In this document: one piece after another, positions 31,454 to 41,448 of the stretch | Layout: every line of letters begins with the position of its first letter | How positions within the stretch are numbered: the stretch's first letter is position 1 | Source of the DNA: an uncultured Clostridia bacterium | GTDB lineage: Bacteria; Bacillota; Clostridia; Christensenellales; CAG-917 | Direction: 5' to 3' | Assembly: GCA_944332995.1 (NCBI GenBank) | Contig: CALVKR010000004.1 | Coordinates: 24,504-88,503 of the forward strand | Length of the DNA stretch: 64,000 bases | The notes under the pieces: generated by a model | Told to the model about the DNA's origin: nothing | The model's input: the letters and a program-made list of their open reading frames with translations, nothing else | Database searches by the model: none | Made by a program: the position numbers and the translations under genes

Positions 31454-33349
31454 TTATTTTTCCTCCTTACCATAATCCGGTTTTAAAAACATAACCGTGT
31501 TTGCCGGTATATTCAATTTGATAGAGCACGGATAGCCGTGCGAGGGTTTTTCCGTCGCCTTAAACGTGGGACGGCGAGCCTCGTCTCCGCCGTATTTCTT
31601 GAGCGACGAGATAAGCTCCGTCTTATAGGGCAGATTCTCGGGAACGCCCATGACGTATTTATTTCTCTTTACGGGCGAGAAATTCACCACGCAGATGACG
31701 TATTCTCCGTTTGCCGCTTTGCGGATAAAGGAGATTATATTCTGTTTAAAGTCGTCGACTACAATCCATTTAAATCCGTCCTGCGAACAGTCAAGTTGCC
31801 AAAGTGCGGGATTTTCAAGATAGAAAGCGTTGAGGTCCTTGACAAACTTTTGCAACATTCTGTGTCGGGGATAATCGAGAAGCAACCAGTCGAGCTCCTT
31901 TTTATAATCCCATTCGATAAACTGTCCGAACTCGCAGCCCATAAACGTGAGCTTTTTGCCGGGGTGTCCTATCATGTACCCCAAAAAGCTCTTTAAGCCC
32001 TCGAACTTGTCGTCGTAGCTTCCGGGGAATTTGTCGATAAGCGACTTTTTGCCGTGCACCACTTCGTCGTGCGAGATGGGCAGAATGTAGTTTTCGGAAT
32101 AGGCATAGGTTATCGAGAAAGTGAGATCGTTGTGATTGTCCTTTCTGAAGAACGGGTCAAGCGAGATATAGTGCAGGCTGTCGTTCATCCAACCCATATT
32201 CCATTTAAAGTTAAATCCGAGACCGCCGTCGTAAGCAGGTTTGGTCACCATCGGATAGGCGGTAGATTCTTCCGCAATAGTCAATGCGCCGTGATGCTTT
32301 GAAAGTATGGCGGAATTCATCTGCTTCAAAAAGTCCTTTGCCTCGAGGTTATAATTTCCGCCGAAAGCGTTGGGCACCCATTCGTTGTCCTTCCTGCCGT
32401 AGTCGAGATAGAGCATACTGGCAACGGCGTCGCATCTGATTCCGTCTATGTGATATACGTCAAACCAGAACATAGCCGCCGATATGAGGAAAGATTTCAC
32501 TTCGTTTTTGCCGAAGTCGTAAACCTTTGTGCCCCACTCTTTATGCTCGCCCTTTCTCGGGTCGGCGTATTCGTAGAGCGGCGTTCCGTCAAACATCGAA
32601 AATCCGTGTTCGTCTTTGGGGAAGTGCGCCAGCACCCAGTCGAGAATGACGCCTATGCCGCTGCGATGGCATTTGTCTATAAAAGTCATAAGACCGTTTG
32701 GCGTGCCGTAACGTGAAGTGGGGGCAAACATACCCGTGACCTGATATCCCCACGAGCCCTCGAAAGGATATTCGGTAAGAGGCATTATCTCAATGTGGGT
32801 ATATCCCATCTTTTTGATATACGGGATAAGCTCATCCGCCATTTTTTCGTAACTTATGAAGTTGCCGTCCGCATACTTTCTCCAGCTTCCGAAATGAAGC
32901 TCATAAATGTTCATCGGGCTGGAATAAGGATTATAACTCTTGCGATTTTGCATCCACTTGTTGTCTTTCCAATGGTATTGAGTTATATCGTAAAGTTTTG
33001 CGGCGTTCGACGGGGGCGTCTCGAAATGCAGTCCGTAAGGGTCGGTCTTAAAAACCGTCTTGCCCGTCGATTGAACGACGGCATATTTGTAGGTCGTATA
33101 CTGAGCAAGGTGCGGGATAAACAGTTGCCATATTCCGCCCTCAACCGCTTCCATGACGTTGGCGTTTTCGTCCCAGTTGTTGAAGTCGCCCACAACGGAC
33201 ACTTTTTTTGCATTAGGAGCCCACACGCTGAATAACCAGCCGTCCACTCCGTTTTCCTTTACCGGGTGAGGCGACAATAATTTGTATGCCTCGTAATTGG
33301 TGCCCTCGTGAAAGAGGTATAAAGGAAAACTGTCGTTTGGTCTTACCAT
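31454..33349 (-). CDS. glgB: 1,4-alpha-glucan branching enzyme
   Basis: 631 aa with GH13 regions [34 protein letters not shown] and HDEVVHGK. Confidence 0.93.
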   Translation of the reverse strand: MVRPNDSFPLYLFHEGTNYEAYKLLSPHPVKENGVDGWLFSVWAPNAKKVSVVGDFNNWDENANVMEAVEGGIWQLFIPHLAQYTTYKYAVVQSTGKTVFKTDPYGLHFETPPSNAAKLYDITQYHWKDNKWMQNRKSYNPYSSPMNIYELHFGSWRKYADGNFISYEKMADELIPYIKKMGYTHIEIMPLTEYPFEGSWGYQVTGMFAPTSRYGTPNGLMTFIDKCHRSGIGVILDWVLAHFPKDEHGFSMFDGTPLYEYADPRKGEHKEWGTKVYDFGKNEVKSFLISAAMFWFDVYHIDGIRCDAVASMLYLDYGRKDNEWVPNAFGGNYNLEAKDFLKQMNSAILSKHHGALTIAEESTAYPMVTKPAYDGGLGFNFKWNMGWMNDSLHYISLDPFFRKDNHNDLTFSITYAYSENYILPISHDEVVHGKKSLIDKFPGSYDDKFEGLKSFLGYMIGHPGKKLTFMGCEFGQFIEWDYKKELDWLLLDYPRHRMLQKFVKDLNAFYLENPALWQLDCSQDGFKWIVVDDFKQNIISFIRKAANGEYVICVVNFSPVKRNKYVMGVPENLPYKTELISSLKKYGGDEARRPTFKATEKPSHGYPCSIKLNIPANTVMFLKPDYGKEEK

Positions 33350-33367
33350 TTTTATCTCCTGAAAAAA

Positions 33368-33389
33368 TTGTCGGCAAAATCACCGACAA
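33368..33389 (-). terminator. Terminator-like hairpin in the glgB leader
   Basis: Reverse strand TTGTCGG-tgattttg-CCGACAA followed by TTTTTT, ending 1 nt before the AGGAG RBS. Confidence 0.4.
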
Positions 33390-33406
33390 CGATATTTTGC
33401 AATTTT

Positions 33407-33435
33407 AGTATAGCAAAAACGTCAAAAATTTTCAA
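33407..33435 (-). promoter_or_regulatory. Candidate promoter of the glgBCDAP cluster
   Basis: Reverse strand TTGAAA (33430-33435) - 17 nt - TGcTATACT (-10 at 33407-33412). Confidence 0.45.
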
Positions 33436-33490
33436 TAGCAAACGCTCAATTTGTCAATATTTTTTTGTCATATACCGTTTTTGCAAAAAT

Positions 33491-34279
33491 TTATTTTGCA
33501 TTTTTGTCGTTTTCGACAAAACTCACTATTTTTTTGAAACAATTTTCGGGTATTTTTTTTCGGCAATCAAAAAGTATTTTCTCCAGCCTCTCTCTGTCGT
33601 GAGAAAGCACGGCGATTGTTGCTCCGCTTCCCGTCATAAAACAGGGCAAGCCGTATCCCGAAAGTGCGCTATATACCCTTTCCACACCGCCGTTGAGTTT
33701 GACGGCAGGAATATACAGGTCGTTTGGGACGTCAAAATCGAGCGTATCGAATCTTTCGGCTATATCCGATAAATTGTCCTTTGCTCTCGGCGAGCCGTCG
33801 GATAAAGCGTATGCCTTTGCCGTATCGACGCTACCGCTCTTTACCAAAAGCGCATAGCATCTTTTGGGAGGCATAAATTCGAGCTTTTCCCCCACTCCCT
33901 CGGCGAGCGCAAATCCGCCCTTTAACATAAACGGCAAGTCGCAGGAAAGTTTATATTTTTCCTCGTCCGTCAAATCAAGATTTAAATGCTTGCAGCAAGC
34001 GGCAAAAACTGCCGTCCCTCCCCCGAGTCCTCCGCCCAGCGGAATTCTCTTTATCACCTTTGCACCTTTGATATTAAAGCGTGAAAAAATCTTTTTTAAC
34101 GCCTCGGTATATCTTATCTTATCAAGCTCCCCCGTTTCGTCGAAAAGCTCTATCCCTTCGCCTCCGAACTCAAAGGTATCGCTAAGCGATATGCTATGGA
34201 ACAGGGTTTTTATCGTATGAAGATTATCTTGTTTCCCCGTAACGAGAAGCCCTATGTTTATTTTGCCGTAAATTTCCAT
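33491..34279 (-). CDS. ispE: 4-diphosphocytidyl-2-C-methyl-D-erythritol kinase-like GHMP kinase
   Basis: MEIYGKINIGLLV.. N-terminus and GHMP ATP loop IPLGGGLGGGTAVFAA. Conserved veg-ispE neighbourhood. Somewhat short and divergent relative to typical IspE. Confidence 0.75.
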   Translation of the reverse strand: MEIYGKINIGLLVTGKQDNLHTIKTLFHSISLSDTFEFGGEGIELFDETGELDKIRYTEALKKIFSRFNIKGAKVIKRIPLGGGLGGGTAVFAACCKHLNLDLTDEEKYKLSCDLPFMLKGGFALAEGVGEKLEFMPPKRCYALLVKSGSVDTAKAYALSDGSPRAKDNLSDIAERFDTLDFDVPNDLYIPAVKLNGGVERVYSALSGYGLPCFMTGSGATIAVLSHDRERLEKILFDCRKKIPENCFKKIVSFVENDKNAK

Positions 34280-34285
34280 ACCGTC

Positions 34286-34313
34286 ATTATAGCACACGCC
34301 CGTTTCAAATCAA
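34286..34313 (-). promoter_or_regulatory. Promoter abutting the ispE start codon (predicts a leaderless mRNA)
   Basis: Reverse strand TTGATT (34308-34313) - 16 nt - TGcTATAAT (-10 at 34286-34291) - 6 nt - ATG 34279. Confidence 0.45.
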
Positions 34314-34498
34314 AGGGGAAAAATTATCTTTTAGTTGCTTTGCGCTCGAAAAACGGCTAAGATAGACCTATTGTCATATTTCGCCGTTTTTCTCCCTTGT
34401 CCGACTGTGCGTTCTCTCTTTATACGGCGGAAAATATCGGCAACGCCAAAGAAGTAGCGGCATTGACTTTTGCCGTTTGCTTTTTCAGTGCTGAAAAA

Positions 34499-34523
34499 AC
34501 GCCTGAGCTTTCGGCTCAGGCGT
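34499..34523 (-). terminator. Intrinsic terminator after the LysM protein gene
   Basis: acgcctgagc-tttcg-gctcaggcgt with T6 on the reverse strand, about 20 nt past the stop. Confidence 0.8.
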
Positions 34524-34543
34524 TAAAGGCTGTCAAACAAGTT

Positions 34544-36034
34544 TTACACAAGGCTTCTGAAATAGACGATTTTTTGACCGTCGACAAGTTTTTTGTCAAT
34601 TTCGTTTTGTTCCAAAATCTTGTCGGGCGAGGCGCTGAACGCCTTGGCGACGTCCCATATCGTATCGCCTTCGCTTGCTATATATACCGAGATTGCCGAA
34701 TCGTTCAACGGCTTTTCCTCGCCCTCCGTCACGCTGTCGATATACGTCATAGTCTTTTCCGTATACGCCTCTACGGCAAAGCACAGTTTGACCGAAAGCT
34801 CTATCTCTCTGTCACGCTTGATTTTGGCTGAAACGTCTCCCACGCTGCCTTCCGCTTTTAATACGGCATCTGAGCCCATGTTCGAGGAAAAACCTACGGA
34901 ATAAGGAAGCTCTGCCTTGACGGAGTTGAAGCCGTTTTCGTCTTTATAAATTATCGTCGCTCCGACAATACCCTCGACGCATACCGTCGAATTTTCGCTC
35001 CACACTTTAGCCACGGTATTCGACGCCGTAGTCACCGCAAGAATCTCTCTTACGGCAGGACGGGTTTCGGATATCCTTGCGGAATCGGTGAACTTGTCGT
35101 CAAAAAACAGCGCTTTGTCAAAAGCGGTCATCTCTATACTGCCCTTTTCGGCAACAAGCTCTCTGTTTGGCATAAACACGTCCACGGCGACGGAGAGTTC
35201 GCAGTTTTTGTATCCGTTTATCCTGACGCCGATGAGCGCCTCAATTTCGATATTGTTGTCGCCCTCCGTTCCGCCTATTATTATCCTGACGTTTTTGACT
35301 TCCGCTTTTGCCGTAACGCCGTCGTCGGGATTGAGCCCTTTAAACGGCACTTCCTCGCTGAACGGCACGTTAAACCTTGCGCACTTTATCGTATCGTCTA
35401 TAAGATAAGTCACAGCGGCGCACATCTCGCCGGATACGAACACGCCGCCTTCCGTCGGCTTTAACTGATATATCGCAACGTCGGAATCGGTCGTCAAAAT
35501 CTTTTCGATATCGCCTCCTATAAACGCTTCGTCCGTCACGGAAAAATCTTTGACTACCGAGCCTATCAAACTGTTGAGCCTGATTTCTTCACATTCGACA
35601 TAGCAATCGCTCGGAACGGAAGTGAGGCACTTGCACTCTCTATTCTGCGCCGCATACACCGTGAGCCTGACCACACTGCACAGCTTCAATTCCTCATCGC
35701 CCGAAAGGTCCGTTTCGAGCACCTTTGCCTCGCCGTAGACTACGTCGCCCGAGGCGACTTGAGCCGATATGTTTTCGTCAAAATCGGCGAAATAGTCAAG
35801 ACTTTGCAAAACGTTTTCGTTTGAAAGATATACGAGCCTGAAGTTGACTCTGCCGCTAAAAGAAACGGATTTATCCGCGGCGTCCACCTTTACCGCTCTG
35901 CCGTCCGCCACCACCGACAACACTTTTGCGACAGACGCCCCGTCTGCGAGCGGCAATTTAAATTCTACCACTCTATCCGCCACCGCCGCCTGTTTAAAAC
36001 ATTTGCAGCTTACGTTTTCATAATTATATTCCAT
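34544..36034 (-). CDS. DUF3794-like protein with C-terminal LysM domain (spore coat/cortex-associated context)
   Basis: The C-terminal segment VYIASEGDTIWDVAKAFSASPDKILEQNEI..GQKIVYF is a LysM motif. GGAGGG RBS. Adjacent to veg. Confidence 0.6.
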   Translation of the reverse strand: MEYNYENVSCKCFKQAAVADRVVEFKLPLADGASVAKVLSVVADGRAVKVDAADKSVSFSGRVNFRLVYLSNENVLQSLDYFADFDENISAQVASGDVVYGEAKVLETDLSGDEELKLCSVVRLTVYAAQNRECKCLTSVPSDCYVECEEIRLNSLIGSVVKDFSVTDEAFIGGDIEKILTTDSDVAIYQLKPTEGGVFVSGEMCAAVTYLIDDTIKCARFNVPFSEEVPFKGLNPDDGVTAKAEVKNVRIIIGGTEGDNNIEIEALIGVRINGYKNCELSVAVDVFMPNRELVAEKGSIEMTAFDKALFFDDKFTDSARISETRPAVREILAVTTASNTVAKVWSENSTVCVEGIVGATIIYKDENGFNSVKAELPYSVGFSSNMGSDAVLKAEGSVGDVSAKIKRDREIELSVKLCFAVEAYTEKTMTYIDSVTEGEEKPLNDSAISVYIASEGDTIWDVAKAFSASPDKILEQNEIDKKLVDGQKIVYFRSLV

Positions 36035-36116
36035 ACTGCCCTCCTAACTCGATATATTTTATTAAATCGGATTGCCGTGTATGATTAAAATTTAAATATC
36101 CGTCAATAATTTCTAT

Positions 36117-36347
36117 ATGCGAGATATAGGACAAAATTTAGACACAACAAAAAAGCGCGTGCTTGCCCTCAAGGGCATAAGCGTGCAGATTGAAGTCAAC
36201 GAAGGACGAAACAAAATAAGTTCTTTTTGCGGAAACGTCGAAAACGTATACCCCTCCGTGTTTACCTTTAAAACTTTGAACGGCGCTCTTAAAACTTTTT
36301 CCTATAACGACGTGCTGACAAAGGGAGTCAAGTTTTTCAAAGTATGA
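36117..36347 (+). CDS. veg: Veg family small protein (DUF1021)
   Basis: 76 aa. YPSVFTF and SYNDVLT match the B. subtilis Veg core (ETYPSVFVIQ.., SYSYADILT). Confidence 0.8.
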   Translation: MRDIGQNLDTTKKRVLALKGISVQIEVNEGRNKISSFCGNVENVYPSVFTFKTLNGALKTFSYNDVLTKGVKFFKV

Positions 36348-36349
36348 AA

Positions 36350-36374
36350 AAAGCATTCGTAAACCGAATGCTTT
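36350..36374 (+). terminator. Intrinsic terminator after veg
   Basis: aaagcattcg-taaac-cgaatgcttt followed by TTATTTTT. Confidence 0.8.
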
Positions 36375-36383
36375 TTATTTTTA

Positions 36384-36520
36384 ATGTTTTATTTTTATAT
36401 TTTTTATATTTCTTCTAATTCTTCTATTTCTTATATTTCTTATATTTTTTTTTACATTTTTATATTTCTTATATTTTTACATATAAATATTTATAACTTT
36501 ATCTCCTGTTATATTGCTTT
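36384..36520. repeat. A/T-only low-complexity tract with reiterated TATTTCTTATATTTTT-type units
   Basis: TTATATTTCTTCTAATTCTTCTATTTCTTATATTTCTTATATTTTT..ACATTTTTATATTTCTTATATTTTTACATATAAAT. The 68-aa ORF here is a composition artefact. Confidence 0.5.
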
Positions 36521-36602
36521 ACCGTTATTTGTTAAAAAGCAATTTTTTGTTTTTGTTTTCTTTGACGCCAAGTTTTCACTTGCCCTTTAAACTATAAACG
36601 GT

Positions 36603-38693
36603 CTATTCTTTGTCCTGCCCGTCTGCTTCTCCGCCTTGTCCGCCAACGTCGTCGGCTTCTGCTTCTTCGGTTTTTTGCTCCATCTCGCCAATGGGCTCGC
36701 TTTCCGTTTCTTTTTCGGCGTTCAGGACTTGAACGCCCTTATCGCTTTCCGAATCTGCGTCAAGCTCGTCCTTTGAGTTATCCGGTGCTAAAGCCCCGTT
36801 AATCTCCGTTTCGGAAGCGGATTCCGACTCGTCGCCGTAATTTTTTATTCGGACCGCCTTTATCTTAAATGGATTGTTTTTCAATTCCTTTAAAAACATC
36901 ACCGCCATAAATGCGACGAACGCCGCAACTGCCAATATCGCCAGCACGTAGCCTATTGCAAAAGGTCCTTGAACGAATATCGTAAATTCCTGATATATCC
37001 AGCCGCCGTCGATAGTCGCCGTAACCGTGTGGTATCCCATCGTAGTCGGGACGTATTCAAACACCTTGCAATCGTAAAGAGTTCCGCTCACTGCGAGCTT
37101 TCCGTCGACGTACCACTTTACCTCATACGAAGGATCTACGTTCTTGACGTTCGTGAAACTCAGATTAAGCGCAGTGCCCACGTTGGCAGGTACGTCGCCG
37201 CCGTCACCTGCGTAATCGGAAACCCATTCCACGGGGGAAATGTATATCGACTGAAAATCGGGAGCGGAATACGTTATCGTGACGTTCGTTTTTTCGGAGG
37301 CGATAATATTTCCCTCGACGTATAAAAACGCATACACGGAAAGTTGCTGTCCGTAAAATCTTTCGTCAAAGCTGAATTTAAGTCCGGATTTGTATCTGCC
37401 TATCTCCTCCGTTTTGCCGTCAATCGTGCGCTCGACAACCCACGTGACCTGACTGTCATATGCTCTGTCGTAGCTGTCGGACGGATAGATGGACGCTGTG
37501 AAGGGAATGGTTTTAAATTCTTCCGCCCTTTGATTTAAAAGCGACTCGTCGGAAGCGGAAATCGCTATGCTCGACGGCTTGACGTATTCGTAAATATCGT
37601 CGGCAAGGAAATCCGTTTGCAAAATGGACATGACGTCCACGGCTTTATGATTTATCCCGTCCTTTTCGATAACGATTGAGCTCTGATGATTGACGAGCAT
37701 AAGCGACAGCTTGCTTGCCGTAACGTCGGGATAGCGCAAGGCGAGCATCATTGCCGCGGCGCTGACAAACGGGGCCGACATACTCGTTCCCGTTTTGGGA
37801 GCATACGTTGCGGCGCTTGCGCTGTATATATTCGTTCCCGGTGCGGCAAGGTCGTAATAGCCGTAGTTTGAACCGGAGTTTATTTCAAGCTCGTCGGCAG
37901 TCTTTTCGCCGTAATTCATGACTGATATGACGTTGTCGAGGCTTGCGGGATAGGCGGGATCGTCAACCGAGCTGACGCCGTTGTTGCCTGCCGCCGAAAC
38001 GAATACCGCCGTATCGGAATATTTGTCGAGCGTTGCCTGAAGCGCCGAAGTATCCGCCCAGCTTCCGCCCGTCGTCTGCGATTTCAAAACGCTTATCGAC
38101 ATATTGACGACTTTGCACTCGATTTTGTATCCCCAATTCTGCTCTATCGTGTTTTCGCCGCACGCCCATTTAATGGCGTTGTTGACCGCCGTTGAAGTAA
38201 ACTGATTTGAAGTGTTTACCGCCTTTATCGGAATGATTTTCACGTAATCTTCCAATCCGAGTTCCAATATGATTGAAGCGATAATTCCGGCTACGTGCGT
38301 TCCGTGATAGTCGCCGCTGCTGTCGTCGATATTTCCGTCTTTGGAGACGCTGTTATATCCGACGGGTTTTCTTATTCCGTTGTCGTCCACCCAAAGGAGG
38401 GTTTTTTGAAACAGCTCGTGATTGTAGTTGATGCCCGTGTCGATGACGGCAATATAAATCTGCTCATTTTCGGAAAAGTCAAACGAGGAAAAATATTCCC
38501 TTGCGCCCGCCAAATCGAATCTGTTTTCGGCAAAATACCAATAGTCCTTCTGGCTCAATCCTTTCGGGACGTCGGGGTCGGAATACGTGCCGGCAAACGC
38601 TACTCCGACAGCGGAAAAAACCATTGCCGCCGCCACAACGAACAGTACCGAAAGAAGGATTAAATATTTAGATTTTGAAAGCGTGTTTTTCAT
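36603..38693 (-). CDS. Membrane-anchored S8 (subtilisin-family) serine peptidase
   Basis: Catalytic triad motifs AVIDTGI (D), HGTHVAGI (H) and GTSMSAPFV (S). N-terminal signal peptide, C-terminal TM helix and an acidic tail. Confidence 0.88.
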   Translation of the reverse strand: MKNTLSKSKYLILLSVLFVVAAAMVFSAVGVAFAGTYSDPDVPKGLSQKDYWYFAENRFDLAGAREYFSSFDFSENEQIYIAVIDTGINYNHELFQKTLLWVDDNGIRKPVGYNSVSKDGNIDDSSGDYHGTHVAGIIASIILELGLEDYVKIIPIKAVNTSNQFTSTAVNNAIKWACGENTIEQNWGYKIECKVVNMSISVLKSQTTGGSWADTSALQATLDKYSDTAVFVSAAGNNGVSSVDDPAYPASLDNVISVMNYGEKTADELEINSGSNYGYYDLAAPGTNIYSASAATYAPKTGTSMSAPFVSAAAMMLALRYPDVTASKLSLMLVNHQSSIVIEKDGINHKAVDVMSILQTDFLADDIYEYVKPSSIAISASDESLLNQRAEEFKTIPFTASIYPSDSYDRAYDSQVTWVVERTIDGKTEEIGRYKSGLKFSFDERFYGQQLSVYAFLYVEGNIIASEKTNVTITYSAPDFQSIYISPVEWVSDYAGDGGDVPANVGTALNLSFTNVKNVDPSYEVKWYVDGKLAVSGTLYDCKVFEYVPTTMGYHTVTATIDGGWIYQEFTIFVQGPFAIGYVLAILAVAAFVAFMAVMFLKELKNNPFKIKAVRIKNYGDESESASETEINGALAPDNSKDELDADSESDKGVQVLNAEKETESEPIGEMEQKTEEAEADDVGGQGGEADGQDKE

Positions 38694-38709
38694 ATCTTAA
38701 CCTTTGCAG

Positions 38710-40143
38710 TTATTTTTCCAAAAGCGACTTTGAAAACTCAAGACGCTTTATCGTTTCTTCTTTTCCTAAAATATCCGCCATCTCGAACGCACCGCCGGGA
38801 GTTACTTCCGTCCCCGTAATTGCCACACGGACGTTGGATACCATATGTCCGTTTTTTATGCCGTGCGCTTCGGCGCACGCCGAAAGGCAATCTCTTATCG
38901 AATCGACGCTCCAATCGTCAAGATTTTTGAGCGCAATGAGTGCGGCTGAAACCGACGCATTTGCAATGGCAAGGTCGGGCATACGCTTGGTGATGAATAT
39001 GTTTTTGTCGTACTCCCCGAACTGCGCCAAAAAGTCGGTTTTGTGTTCGACGTCGGAGAGGATATCCACCCTCGTCTTCAACAACGGCGCAATTTTACGG
39101 TAGTCGTATTTGCTTGAAATTCCCTTTTTAAAATAAGGAAGGCTGAGCTCGTAAAACTTTTCGTCGGAAAGCTCTTTTATATACTCGCCGTTGAGCCACT
39201 TCATTTTTACCTCGTCAAAAATGCTTGACGATATCGAAATTCCGTCCACGTCGAAAGCCTCTATCATCTCGGACATCGTCATCTTCTCTCGGTTGTCTTT
39301 GGGGCACCAACCCAAAAGCGCTATATAGTTTACGATAGCCTCGGGCAGATATCCCTTTTGAATGAAGTCCTCGAAGTTTGCGTCGCCGTATCTCTTTGAA
39401 AGTTTTCTCGTTTCGTCCTTCATAATCGGAGCTAAGTGCATATACGTCGGACGCTCCCAGCCGAAAGAATCGTAAAGAAGATTATACTGCGGAGTGCTCG
39501 ACAAATATTCGTTGCCCCTTATGACGTGCGATATCTGCATGAGGTGGTCGTCCACCACGTTGGCAAAGTTATACGTGGGCATTCCGTCCGATTTGATGAG
39601 TATACAGTCTTCCATATCGTGGTATGGCACGGTAACCTTTCCGTAAACCATATCGACGTAACTGCCCTCGCCCTCGGCGGGAATGTTCTGTCTTATGACG
39701 TAGCTTTGACCGCTTTTCAATCTGTCCTCTATCTCCGCTTTGGAAAGACGCAGGCAGTGTTTATCGTATTTTCTCACGCCGTTTGAATCGGCAAGCGAAT
39801 CGAGCCTCTCTTTGTCGCAAAAGCAATAATATGCTCCGCCCCTTTCGACAAGCTCCATGGCGTATTTTAAATAAAGCGACTTCCTCTCGCTCTGGATATA
39901 AGGTCCGAAACCCTTGTCTTTATCGGGACCCTCGTCGTAGTCGATGCCTGCCGTCTTAAGAGTGTTGTATATCACTTGCACCGCTCCGTCGACGTAACGA
40001 GCCTGGTCGGTGTCTTCAATTCTTAAAACGAAATCTCCGCCGTTTTTCTTGGCAAAAAGATAGGCATAAAGCCCCGTCCTCAAATTTCCTATATGCATAA
40101 ATCCCGTGGGGCTGGGCGCAAATCTTGTTCTTACCTTATCCAT
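38710..40143 (-). CDS. gltX: Glutamate--tRNA ligase
   Basis: Class I motifs RFAPSPTGFMHIGNLRT (HIGH) and KLSKR (KMSKS). 477 aa. AAGGAG RBS. Confidence 0.95.
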   Translation of the reverse strand: MDKVRTRFAPSPTGFMHIGNLRTGLYAYLFAKKNGGDFVLRIEDTDQARYVDGAVQVIYNTLKTAGIDYDEGPDKDKGFGPYIQSERKSLYLKYAMELVERGGAYYCFCDKERLDSLADSNGVRKYDKHCLRLSKAEIEDRLKSGQSYVIRQNIPAEGEGSYVDMVYGKVTVPYHDMEDCILIKSDGMPTYNFANVVDDHLMQISHVIRGNEYLSSTPQYNLLYDSFGWERPTYMHLAPIMKDETRKLSKRYGDANFEDFIQKGYLPEAIVNYIALLGWCPKDNREKMTMSEMIEAFDVDGISISSSIFDEVKMKWLNGEYIKELSDEKFYELSLPYFKKGISSKYDYRKIAPLLKTRVDILSDVEHKTDFLAQFGEYDKNIFITKRMPDLAIANASVSAALIALKNLDDWSVDSIRDCLSACAEAHGIKNGHMVSNVRVAITGTEVTPGGAFEMADILGKEETIKRLEFSKSLLEK

Positions 40144-40500
40144 TTTAACTCCTTTAGTTTGGTCGCTTTTATCCTTTTTTCTCTTATGATACGCTTTCCC
40201 TTTTGCCCGAAAGCGTGAATATCTGCTGCTTGTCCGTTTAAAATTCTTGTCGCTTGAAATCGCTGAGCCTCGGTAGCTAAAGCTATGCCTTAAGCGGCTT
40301 TAAACTTGACGGTTTTTGCACCTATCTTGCTTCGCCAAACACGCCTTTATATCGGCAAAGGCGAAAACGCTTTGTGTAGCGCTTTTAGCGGCGGCGCCTT
40401 AACATAATGCGCATTGCATGATTTTTATTATGTATATCTGTCAATATTATAATCGGTCAATTTAAAAGAGCGTTAAAAGTTTTGCCGACGGTATCTGCGC

Positions 40501-41328
40501 TCACTGCTCGTCGAGCTTTAAAGCGTTGAAATCGTCGTCGCTGAACTTGATATCTTTAAAGATATTTTCGTCCACTCTTTCTTCTTTAAGTACATCGGGA
40601 AGCTCGTAAAACTTTACGCCCTCTTTTAAAAATTTATTGATTGAACCGTCTATATAACTGAACAGACCGTGTTGAGCAAAACTGTAATATTCGTTGCCGG
40701 CAAATATGATATGGTCGCAAAGATTGATTCCCATAATATGCAGATTGCAAGCTATAACGTTTGTCATCTGAAAATCCGCCTGCGACGGAAATGCCGAACC
40801 GCTCGGATGATTGTGAGCGATAATAAGCGCCGAGGCGTTCGTCCTCATAGCGACGTCGGCTACCTGTCTTGCCGTAAGTGCAACCGAATCGGAAAAGCCT
40901 TCGGCAAGCGGAAAAGTGCCGATAAGTTTAAAGCGTTTATCTAAAGCTATGGCGTATACCGCCTCTTTCGTCCTGCAACTGAAAAACGTTTTGAGGTATC
41001 TGACCGCTTCGCCCCTGTTTGCAAAGGAAACTTTTTCCTTTTCAAAATCCTGTTGGTATTTTCTGAACACCTGCGGTAGCGAGCTTAAAAACAGTGCGGC
41101 GCTGTGCGTGACGCCCTCGACTTTTTCGAGGTCTTGCGGCGTAGCGTTAAATACGTTGTGAAATCCGCCAAACGTATTGATAAGCCTGTGCGCCATAAGG
41201 CAGGTATCTTTTCTCGGAACGAAAGGAAAGAGCAAAAACTCTAAAACTTCGTGGTTTTGGAAGTTTTCAAGACCTTCTTTCTCCACTCTCTGTTTTACTC
41301 TTTCTCTATGACCGTCGTGTTCACCCAT
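40501..41328 (-). CDS. radC: RadC-family JAB/MPN domain protein
   Basis: JAMM-type motif LIIAHNHPSGSAFPSQAD and an N-terminal HhH-like region. About 45 aa of C-terminal extension. Confidence 0.8.
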   Translation of the reverse strand: MGEHDGHRERVKQRVEKEGLENFQNHEVLEFLLFPFVPRKDTCLMAHRLINTFGGFHNVFNATPQDLEKVEGVTHSAALFLSSLPQVFRKYQQDFEKEKVSFANRGEAVRYLKTFFSCRTKEAVYAIALDKRFKLIGTFPLAEGFSDSVALTARQVADVAMRTNASALIIAHNHPSGSAFPSQADFQMTNVIACNLHIMGINLCDHIIFAGNEYYSFAQHGLFSYIDGSINKFLKEGVKFYELPDVLKEERVDENIFKDIKFSDDDFNALKLDEQ

Positions 41329-41448
41329 ACGATATTTGATCCTTAGTAAAATTCCCCGAAACGCTATGTTGCATTTTCGTTCGGTTGATAATATAATAAC
41401 ATAAGTAAATTAAACTTGCAATTTTTATTTGCATTTTTTGAGGTCGAT

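Noticed and set aside
31453-31473. Upstream ATG (31473) for glgC
   Set aside because: The GGAGGA RBS lies between the two ATGs at proper spacing for ATG 31452. The extra residues (MVRRKNN) would overlap the glgB 3' end.
40144-40500. T-box or other riboswitch in the 357-nt gltX upstream region
   Set aside because: Read on the coding strand, it contains no T-box sequence (AAUUAGGGUGGUACCGCG-like), no specifier-loop architecture and no terminator/antiterminator pair that I could find.
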